From positions 50,192 to 114,191 of the IMG/VR virus record IMGVR_UViG_3300044712_000083: a stretch of DNA of 64,000 bases; one strand, 5' to 3'. The position numbers were made by a program, and so were the translations under genes. The notes beneath the pieces were generated by a model. The model saw only the letters and a program-made list of their open reading frames with translations. It searched no databases and was not told the DNA's origin. The stretch is from a virus. Positions 1-8,700 of this stretch are shown in pieces; positions within the stretch are counted from its first letter, which is position 1; each line of letters starts with the position of its first letter.

Positions 1-427
1 CTGCATATTTAGTTATGGTCATTGTTTCCTTAACTATAGGAATCTTGAAGTTATCTTTGGTAGTACGTTTGCCAAGTTTGTTTTCAGACACAGTGTCTGT
101 AACTTGAATGTATCCGTGTGTACCAACTTTAATAGAGTCTTTATAAACACGTTTAGATGCATAGTTCTTAACCAATGCATCATATTGTTTCTTCAACCCA
201 TTGTAATTTGTATCAGGTTGATATTTTGTAACCAACACTTCGTGGTTTACAGGAATCTCATGTACAATAGGAACCTCTTTAACAATAGTTTTTTCGTGCA
301 CTTCCCATGTAGTATCGTGTACAACTAATGTATCTGGACCTTTTACACCTTCATGCTTAGAATTGTTATAGAAATATATAACTAATGTGCCAAGAATGAT
401 GATGATTGCTAATGTTAGTTTTTTCAT
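1..427 (-). CDS. Membrane-anchored lysis-module protein, possibly spanin-like (3' end truncated by window edge)
   Basis: Not in the ORF track. Read by hand from ATG at 427: MKKLTLAIIIILGTLVIYFYNNSKHEGVKGPDTLVVHDTTW..., open to base 1. It has an N-terminal signal anchor and follows a holin-like gene. Confidence 0.55.
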   Translation of the reverse strand, partial: MKKLTLAIIIILGTLVIYFYNNSKHEGVKGPDTLVVHDTTWEVHEKTIVKEVPIVHEIPVNHEVLVTKYQPDTNYNGLKKQYDALVKNYASKRVYKDSIKVGTHGYIQVTDTVSENKLGKRTTKDNFKIPIVKETMTITKYA

Positions 428-435
428 AAGAGATG

Positions 436-741
436 TTATCCCTCTTCGTAAGGGGCTGGTTGTTCATTCTTATCACCAGCTTCTCCTTTTGTTTTCTTTC
501 CCATGACGTTCTCAACGCCAGAGATACCAAAACAACCAAGAACAATGATGGTTAAAGAATTAAATACGTAATCGTTAAGAACCAATTCTTTTCCATAGTA
601 TCCTGTAACTAAATCTACAGTAACTACAATAAGCATAAACAAGAATGCGATAGCTCCAATGATGGACTTCTCATTCCAATCGTTATCATCTTTAAAAATG
701 CTGAAGAAAGATTCTTTAGGATCTTCAATTAAATGTTTCAT
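436..741 (-). CDS. Putative holin (two hydrophobic helices, charged C-terminal tail)
   Basis: Hydrophobic segments IIGAIAFLFMLIVVTVDLV and VFNSLTIIVLGCFGISGV, then a Lys/Glu-rich tail. It lies at the end of the late operon. Confidence 0.6.
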   Translation of the reverse strand: MKHLIEDPKESFFSIFKDDNDWNEKSIIGAIAFLFMLIVVTVDLVTGYYGKELVLNDYVFNSLTIIVLGCFGISGVENVMGKKTKGEAGDKNEQPAPYEEG

Positions 742-1015
742 ATTTTTTAGGGGTTAGGTCATTATCATTCATCACTGCAACAACCTCATGCATATTTACC
801 TGCTTAGGTAATTTAGATGGAGGCATTGGTACTTTATACGATGTCTTATATACTTCTCTCTCTAGTCCTTCTATACGTACCACTGTACCAGCAGACACTT
901 CAATTAACTTATCAACCTTAGTATTCAATGTATTTAATTGATAGCTAAACCAACCAAACACTCCTACAACAGCATAGGATAGAGCATTGTCTTTTAAGTC
1001 TTGAAAAGAGGCCAT
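725..1015 (-). CDS. Small membrane protein with one TM helix plus coiled coil (lysis-associated?)
   Basis: ALSYAVVGVFGWFSY followed by heptad-like LNTLNTKVDKLIEV...IEGLERE. Overlaps the holin start by 17 nt. Confidence 0.5.
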   Translation of the reverse strand: MASFQDLKDNALSYAVVGVFGWFSYQLNTLNTKVDKLIEVSAGTVVRIEGLEREVYKTSYKVPMPPSKLPKQVNMHEVVAVMNDNDLTPKKYETFN

Positions 1016-1021
1016 AGGTAT

Positions 1022-1072
1022 AGAAAAACCATAGAATCCCCAGCCTTTTCAGGAGGGGATCTATGTAGTTTA
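1022..1072 (-). terminator. Terminator/attenuator-like hairpin just upstream of the lysis genes
   Basis: On the minus strand CATAGATCCCC...GGGGATTCTATG forms a stem followed by GTTTTT. Confidence 0.55.
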
Positions 1073-1140
1073 ACAAAAAGAGAGAATGAAAAATCTTAGG
1101 AGGATTCCGAAGAGTTGAAGTTGGTAGGAAACTTCTGTAG

Positions 1141-1172
1141 CAAATATATGTAAGCTAAATTAAATAAGCAAG
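1141..1172 (-). promoter_or_regulatory. Bacteroidota-type sigma70 promoter
   Basis: Minus strand reads CTTG-N20-TATATTTG, matching the TTG/TAnnTTTG consensus. Confidence 0.65.
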
Positions 1173-1187
1173 TAAATTATATAAAAT

Positions 1188-1616
1188 TTATGAAACTAAC
1201 TTAAATAACACTACATAATTGTCATTGGTGGTAACGCTTTCTAAATCTGAGATAGATAGAGGAGTGTATTCAATTTCTTTCTTCTCATTTAATAATTCTG
1301 TATAGCGTTGTTGAAGTTCAATAAACTTTGGATTGATTTTAGTTTTAGCTTCATCTTCAAACATCTCAACAGTTATATTACCATCTTCTTTTTCTTCACC
1401 GTATTCTTTAATTAACTCAGTTTTTAATTTATCAAGAATTTCTTTTTCTTTTACTAATTCAGTAGCAATTTTTGATAAACGATACTTAGTTGCAAGATTA
1501 AGTTTCTCTTTGAGGAAACCTTCCACAACTCTTTGATTTGTTTGGGGATCTGTAAATCCGTTCAACTCAGCTTCTAATGTAAGAATCTCAGCTAATGATA
1601 ATTCAATTTGTGCCAT
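1188..1616 (-). CDS. Phage coiled-coil protein, DUF1617-like
   Basis: Acidic helical protein with a KYRLSKIA...LIKEYGEE pattern, directly downstream of the tail fibre. Family recognised from memory. Confidence 0.5.
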   Translation of the reverse strand: MAQIELSLAEILTLEAELNGFTDPQTNQRVVEGFLKEKLNLATKYRLSKIATELVKEKEILDKLKTELIKEYGEEKEDGNITVEMFEDEAKTKINPKFIELQQRYTELLNEKKEIEYTPLSISDLESVTTNDNYVVLFKLVS

Positions 1617-1638
1617 TTTTATTTAGTTAGTTTATTTG

Positions 1639-1646
1639 CAAATATA
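1639..1646 (-). promoter_or_regulatory. -7 promoter element TATATTTG
   Basis: Exact TAnnTTTG 22 nt upstream of the 1616 start codon. The -33 box is weak (TTCG at N20). Confidence 0.5.
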
Positions 1647-1651
1647 TAAAA

Positions 1652-4600
1652 TTAATAATAAGTAAACGAAAGTTGGGAAGCATCTCTCGCAAATATCATA
1701 ATAGTCGCAGCAGCTTTAAATCCGCCAGCTCCAGTACCCGTTGTTGCTGTAATTATATATCCGTTTCCATCAGTATTCATTTCTCTTTGATATCCACCAA
1801 CATTATTACCTCCAAACCACTGTAAGTCAAAATATTTATCAACATGAACACCACTTCCATCACTCCATCCTCCAAATTGATATGCTACTCCAGAACCTGT
1901 ACTTGCTGCTGAATTTGGAGGATAGTTGTCAAAGTTTAATCCAAAAATAAATCCAGTAAAGTAGTTATTTACCCCTGCGTATATTTTTACAAATTTAGTA
2001 GAGCCAACCTTGTTAACTGAATGGCTAACCATCTTCATACCAGCCACGTTGGTATCTACACCTCTAAATCCAACAGGTCCAAATAAATCTAAACCACCAG
2101 TATATCCTGAGCCATTATTATTCATTCTTACCATCCAATAAGAAGAACTATTTAACATACCAGCATAACCAGGTTCGCTATATAATCCTAATAATGAAGT
2201 ACCTCCATATGCATTTCTTAGCCATAATCTAGGGTATCCACCAGTAGCTCCTATATTCCAATCATTTGAACTTGTTGAATAAAAGTGGTTTGTGGTTGCT
2301 TGATTATATAGTCCAGTTCCAGAATTGTTATTTCTTAACCATCCATTAGCATAGATATCAAAAAATGTTGGGCTACTACCAGTTGCTAAATTTTGATTAA
2401 TGGAATATGCAGTGATATTACTTGCGTTACCAGAAATACTTATTCCCCAAGTCCCTGTAGCACCAGTTCCATTTGTTGGAACATATGTACTATTGTCATA
2501 AGAGATAGTAGTACCCGATGCCTTTACAAATCCTGTACCATTTAAAACAGTTCCAGCAGGTATTGTCCAGCTTCTATCTGCTGATAGATCATAAGCTGTA
2601 CCATTGATTGTAAGTGTACGAGAAGTTGGTACTTTATTATTAAATGTAGTCCAGTCAGCAGCAGATAATGCTCCTCTGTTAGATGCACTAGCTGTAGGTA
2701 CATTTAATGTAATTACAGGCGTTGTAGTTCCGTTTGCTACAGATGATGATATATCTGTACCTGTAGTTCCAATTGTAAGAGCTGCTACAGATGTAACAGT
2801 TCCTGTGTTAGATGTATAACCGTTAGGGTTAGATGCAGGATAGTAAGCTGTTGTATCTAGTGCAAACGTATTAGGTCCTGTCATCTTTACAAATGATTCA
2901 GAAACAAAAGCTAGTGTTGCTAAAGATGTTAAATTTGCAGAACCTGCCTGTTTACTATTGAAAGTGTTCCAATCAGTTGAACTTAAATAACCATCAGTTG
3001 ATGTAGTAGATTGTGTAATAGAGAATGTTCTATTAGCACTTAGATTACCACCACCTTGTAGAGGAGCTGTAGTGGATATAGTTATAGCTGCATTTGCAGG
3101 AGTGTATCCTAATACACCAGAAATAGATTTATTTACCCACAACTGATTACCTGAAATAGTCTCTAAGAATAATCCTTGACCATCTGTTTTAGGAGCAGTG
3201 ATTAATACATCATGTATTTCATTTAACTCAAAACCATTCTGGATGTTTACAAAGATTTCACCATTGTTAGATTGCTTTCTTGTAACAACACCGATGTAAA
3301 CCATGTGAGCAGGAGCTACAGGTTTGTTAGCTAGTCCATATAATAATGTACCATTAGGTCCTAACCATACAGGATCCCCCGCAGCGTTTGCAGCAGATGT
3401 ATTTAGTCCTGTAACTAAACCATAAGTTACACATTTAACAATATCATTTAATGCACCACCTGTCTCAAGTAAACCGAATGTTTTAGACGATCCTGCTTCT
3501 GTTAAGTTTGAAGATGCTACAACAATTATATTAGTACCATCTGCGCCAGAAACATACACTGGTGTTCCTTTTGTTAAAGCTGCGCCTAACTTAACTTCAT
3601 TTTTAACTTGAGTAGCATAGTTATCAATCCATTGTGTATTGTAGTCTGTAGCATCAATTTTAGCTAAGATTTGTCCAGCAGTACCACCAGTAGGTAATGC
3701 ACCTCCAGTAGAAATAGTCCACGTTCTATCTGCTGATAAATCATATGATGTACCATTAATAGTTAATGTGCGAGTTGTTGGTACATATCCAGCTAATGCT
3801 GCACTAGTAATATAACCAGCAGGGTTTGTAGAATTATATGGTGTATAACCTAACGCACCTGTAATATCTCCTGATGAGAGTGTCACAGCTCCTGTACGCG
3901 TATTGAATGACGTAACACCACCTTGATATTGAGGAATATTTAATACACCAGTTATATTATCATATGTAGCTGCACCAGATGTTCCAGTTGTTGTAAGAGA
4001 GATAGCTGTACGAGCACGAGCAGGAGTGTAATATAAGTTAGTTAATCCTTCAGGAATATCAGAAGATGCTAACGATACAGCACCTGTCTGACCATTAACA
4101 GATACAACAGCATCTGTATTATCTACTTGTTGCCAAGCTGTACCATCAAAGATAATCCAGTCACCTAAATTCCAGTCTGAGATACCATCAATAGTTGTAG
4201 ATCCAGGAACAGAAACAATATAATACCATCCTGTTGTACCTACACCAGATGTGATAGTTGGCGTATTTGTAGAAGCATTCCAAGTTCCTTTGTAGATAGA
4301 GCCGCCAATCAAACCATTGATTTGATTCTGCACTTTACCAAATGCTTCTAGAATGCTATCTGTAGCAACTACAGAACCACCAGTAATATTAATACCTGTC
4401 AATACTTTGCCAGTAACAGCAGAGTTAGATAGAGTGACGTTAGCAGAACCAGGTCCTGATGCAGAAGCTTCTCCTGTTAAATCAGTGATATAATTACCAG
4501 CAGCCTGTTTACTGTTAAACGTATTCCAATCTGTAGAAGAAAGATATCCGTCTGTAGATATACTAGCTTGAGAAATTGTAATATTAGGAGTAGTTCCTCC

Positions 4601-5668
4601 TGAAGAAGCTAATGGAGCAGAAGCTGTAACACCTGTAACAGATCCTGTGTTTGTAGCAGCTACTGTAAAGTTTGGATAGGATCCAGTAACATTAATACCC
4701 GTACCAGCAGCAATAGATACAACTTGATCAGGTGCTGTGTTAGTAATAGTAATGTTAGGAGTTGTAGCAGGATTAGTTACACTAACAGAAATACCTGTAC
4801 CTGCTGTAGCAGATACGTTAGTTACACTACCTCCACCAGGAAGTGTCCAAGATCTATCAGCTTGAAGAGTTTGTGTAATACCATTAATAGTGATAGTTCT
4901 TGTATTAGGTACAGGTGTGAATCCTAATGCAGAGTTAATATCAAGACCTGTAACAGGTGTAGCACCTGTAACTAATCCTTTTGCATTAACCTTAAATTTT
5001 AAAAAAGTGTTATTTGTATAAACATTTAGGTTAACATCATTCAATGTTAATGTTGTTGTAGATCCCGTTGATCCACTACCATATACATCTCCTGTGAACG
5101 ATAGAACAGAAGACGGTAAGCTAATAGCTGTAGAAGTTACAGCAGTAACTCTACCTTTAGAGTCCACTGTAATACGTGGTACATGTGTACCATCTCCATA
5201 TATTCCAGGATTACTATTTACACTAGCTAACGTAGCAACAGCTGTCCCTGGACCAGATGCAACAACATCTCCAGATAAGTTTGTAATATATGCACCTGCA
5301 ACTTGATAAGGTGTAGAGTCTAATGTACCATCTCCTTTTAGAAACTCAGAAGCTGTACCACCAGCTGTAGCAAGTTTAGAACCAATGATTGGACCAACAA
5401 ACGATAATGTGAAATTACCACCAATGGTTGTATCTTCAATCAACGAACCACCAAGCTTAACTGGCTGACCAGGAGATAGTTGCACAACACCGTTGGTAAA
5501 TATATATCCAACATGAGAATCTCCAAACTTAGCATCTATCTTTTGTAGAGCAGTTTGAATAGAATCATTTTGAGTAATACCAGTGTATGTCAAAGTGTTA
5601 CCTTCGTAGAACACGCAGGTAGAGTTCAATATAACTGGGCACATATCAGCCGTGCATAATATATCCAT
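1652..5668 (-). CDS. Long tail fibre / receptor-binding protein
   Basis: Gly/Thr/Ser-rich beta-structure, TVDSKGRVT-type fibre motifs, internal repeats RTLTINGxxYDLSADRxWT (x3) and GxLSxxDWxTFNxK (x3), and a Cys-containing N-terminal anchor (CPVILNSTCVFYEG). ATG at 5668 is preferred to the TTG at 5677. Confidence 0.8.
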   Translation of the reverse strand: MDILCTADMCPVILNSTCVFYEGNTLTYTGITQNDSIQTALQKIDAKFGDSHVGYIFTNGVVQLSPGQPVKLGGSLIEDTTIGGNFTLSFVGPIIGSKLATAGGTASEFLKGDGTLDSTPYQVAGAYITNLSGDVVASGPGTAVATLASVNSNPGIYGDGTHVPRITVDSKGRVTAVTSTAISLPSSVLSFTGDVYGSGSTGSTTTLTLNDVNLNVYTNNTFLKFKVNAKGLVTGATPVTGLDINSALGFTPVPNTRTITINGITQTLQADRSWTLPGGGSVTNVSATAGTGISVSVTNPATTPNITITNTAPDQVVSIAAGTGINVTGSYPNFTVAATNTGSVTGVTASAPLASSGGTTPNITISQASISTDGYLSSTDWNTFNSKQAAGNYITDLTGEASASGPGSANVTLSNSAVTGKVLTGINITGGSVVATDSILEAFGKVQNQINGLIGGSIYKGTWNASTNTPTITSGVGTTGWYYIVSVPGSTTIDGISDWNLGDWIIFDGTAWQQVDNTDAVVSVNGQTGAVSLASSDIPEGLTNLYYTPARARTAISLTTTGTSGAATYDNITGVLNIPQYQGGVTSFNTRTGAVTLSSGDITGALGYTPYNSTNPAGYITSAALAGYVPTTRTLTINGTSYDLSADRTWTISTGGALPTGGTAGQILAKIDATDYNTQWIDNYATQVKNEVKLGAALTKGTPVYVSGADGTNIIVVASSNLTEAGSSKTFGLLETGGALNDIVKCVTYGLVTGLNTSAANAAGDPVWLGPNGTLLYGLANKPVAPAHMVYIGVVTRKQSNNGEIFVNIQNGFELNEIHDVLITAPKTDGQGLFLETISGNQLWVNKSISGVLGYTPANAAITISTTAPLQGGGNLSANRTFSITQSTTSTDGYLSSTDWNTFNSKQAGSANLTSLATLAFVSESFVKMTGPNTFALDTTAYYPASNPNGYTSNTGTVTSVAALTIGTTGTDISSSVANGTTTPVITLNVPTASASNRGALSAADWTTFNNKVPTSRTLTINGTAYDLSADRSWTIPAGTVLNGTGFVKASGTTISYDNSTYVPTNGTGATGTWGISISGNASNITAYSINQNLATGSSPTFFDIYANGWLRNNNSGTGLYNQATTNHFYSTSSNDWNIGATGGYPRLWLRNAYGGTSLLGLYSEPGYAGMLNSSSYWMVRMNNNGSGYTGGLDLFGPVGFRGVDTNVAGMKMVSHSVNKVGSTKFVKIYAGVNNYFTGFIFGLNFDNYPPNSAASTGSGVAYQFGGWSDGSGVHVDKYFDLQWFGGNNVGGYQREMNTDGNGYIITATTGTGAGGFKAAATIMIFARDASQLSFTYY

Positions 5669-5714
5669 GGTATGCAATTAAATTTTAATATAAAAATACG
5701 GAATTGTGTTGAGT

Positions 5715-5744
5715 TGTAGGATAGTTATAGAAAACTATCCTACA
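5715..5744. repeat. Perfect 12-bp inverted repeat between the cargo gene and the tail fibre gene
   Basis: TGTAGGATAGTT-atagaa-AACTATCCTACA. Confidence 0.8.
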
Positions 5745-5752
5745 TAATATAG

Positions 5753-8700
5753 CTATCGCATATTGTTCTCTGCCTGAATTGTAATATCAAATTCTTTAGC
5801 AAAGTCATTACTAAATGATGCACCTAAGTTAATCACTGGTTTGAAACCTGGAGTTAACTTCATCAATGTTTTAATAGGGTAAACTTTCTTTCTAACTTCT
5901 TCAGGAGTTGTTTCTGCATCAAAATCTTGTCCTGTAATTTCTTGACCTAATTGTCCAGCAAACTTAAATACGTCTGCAAACAATCCTAATGCAGGAAGTT
6001 TATCTCCAGAAAGAATACGCTCAATCTCCATAGGGTTATAGAAGAATGAAAGCTCATCTGTAAACTTGTTCAGCATACGTTCTGTGTAACGCTTAGCGTT
6101 CTTCGTAGCTTTATCATCATCATCGTCTGGAGCAATCAAACCAAATCCACCTGTGAACAAGATTGTCATCAATGTAAATAATATACCAAGCTCTTTAATC
6201 TGATTACGAAGGTTGTTTACAATCATATCAGTGAAATCAGCTTTGGACATATTCATCTCTGTTCCTGTACGATCTTTCCACTCTTTCTTATACTTAAGGA
6301 ATAGCTCATCAATGATCGCCATACCCTTCTCATTAGCAGTTAGAATGTTAGTGATGTTAGAGGATAAGTCACGAACACTAGTTACCCATACAGTTGTTAA
6401 TAATCTAAGACGACCTATATCATATCTTTCTCCAGTTACTTTTCCTGTTACAGGATCAATACGTACAGAGAAGTCATCACTTGTTTTCTTGAACTCTGAG
6501 AAACGTACATCAACAAGACGAGGAATCCAGTTTTGGAATACCATCGCACTTCTTGCCCAGATGTTCATACCTGCTTTATTAATATCACCGTTAGATAAGT
6601 TACCCGTGATACTTCTAGCAATGTTTCTTGATAGATTAGTTAGACGTTGTGTCTCATCTAAGTTATTCAAGTCTAATCCAGGGATAACAAGCTTACCGTT
6701 TTCTAAACGTTTAGTAACCCACATGGACTTTGTCTTCTTAAGCTCCTCAATCTCTTCATTAATTTTTTTCTTACTTTCTCTGTATAGAGCAGAAGAGTCA
6801 GCTCTGTTCTGATACTTAGCACTCACATACTGTTTGATATTAACAATGTTACCATCAACAACCATGGAGTTCTTCATCAATGTCAAGAACACAGCTTTAT
6901 CAATAAACTCTTCGGGCTTTCTCATGAAGAACATTAACATGTCTCCAAGGTTAGCTCTAGTAAGTGCTGAGATACCTGCCTCCTCATATAGCTTCTTAAA
7001 CGGACTATCTTTAAGTGGCATGAATGTTTCCATCAATTGAACGAATGTTTCTGCACTTTCTTCATTTTGAAATATACCACTCATTAAATCAGCCTCACTA
7101 CTTAAGAACTCTCTACTTTTAAAGTATGTACCAGCTAATGCAGACATCTGAATGTTTGCACCAAATAAGTTGGCAAGACCAGAGAACGGATCAAGACCTA
7201 ATGCTTTCAACTGATACCACTTATTGATCTTCTCCATTGTCTTAACTGCAGACAAAGGTGTAGGATTCTCTTTGTACACTTCTCTACCAGCAGCCTTGTT
7301 AATCAATCGCTTAATGATATTCATAGGATTACCTATAGCAGTATCTGCATCAGATAAAGGATATCTTTGCTGTAACACTAATGCTTTGTAGAAGTTATCA
7401 TACGTCTCAGTGTTTTCTTTATTCTCTGTAGTAATAACTACTGGTGTACCATCTTCTTTAGTAACAACGTCACCAAGTCTAGTTGTTTGTAAGTGTCCTT
7501 TGAACTCTTCAATTGTACTAAGTAGTTTCAACTGACCAGACACTTCTTTCAAATACTTGTACTTCTGTACGTGTTGAATATATAACACCAAGTTTGCAAA
7601 GATGTCCTCACTAATTTGTGAAAAGTCTGTAGTATCACCAGCTTCTTTCTTTGTAAAGTCTTTGGTGTAGTATTTAGGAATACCGTTCTCAATCTGTTGT
7701 GTAAATTGGTTAATCTCACCAAGTCCAACATCTTTAGATGTAATTCTTAAATCATCTCCAATCTTACCTAAGTTCTCATAGAAATTAGCAATAGCAGAAC
7801 CCACACCATCAAATGCAACCTCCTCAGCCATAGTCTTAGCAACAAATGGTAAGAAGGTTTTCTTAATCATGTTACTAATGTATCCTTCTTCTGCAGCAAT
7901 ATTGTTTACTTTCTCAATAAAGTTATAGAGCTTTAATAATCCTGGATCCTGCATAATTCTTTTGTATTCTTCTGAATACCATTTCTCAAGAGGATGACGC
8001 TTAACAATATAGTTATTCCAACCATCAAAGTCTACACGGTCAATATCATATTTACGTTTCTGTTGTTCAATTAAGAACTTTCTACGTTTGATAGTCTCAT
8101 CGTCATTACCTGGATTGTTTCTTTCTATAGATTTTATTTGTCTATCAAGAACTTCAGCAGCCTCTTTCTTATAAGCTTCTACATCAATATTATTTAGTAA
8201 CCAGTTCTTATCTCCACCTTCTGGATCATTAGCATTCTTATCAACAGCCTCACGGAATTCTTTAGTATAAACATATACTAAGTTATTCATTCTCTTACCC
8301 TCATCATCTTTTTGATAGATGCTTCTAATCTTCTCCATGACGTTACCACCTTCCATCAGTTCTTTTCTGATTTCCAATAGTTCATTAACTAAAGCAATGC
8401 CATCTTTAGAAGCTTTATTTTCTGCAGCTTGTGTAACCTTAAATAAGATTTGTAAAGACTTCGAACCTAAGTCAGATACTCCACGGAACCAAGAGCTAAT
8501 ACCTTTGATTACAGCTTCTGGATCCATCAATCCACCAACTAAGTTTCTCCATCCAATATACTTATCACCAAACCCGCCTTTACCTATTAATAACTTCTTA
8601 ACACTTTGTTGAGTTCTAGCAATAGCACTTGCTTCTAATGTAAGTTCTTCTAATACACGTTTTCTTTCTGCAACTTGTTTCTTCTCCTCTTTAGTCTTAG

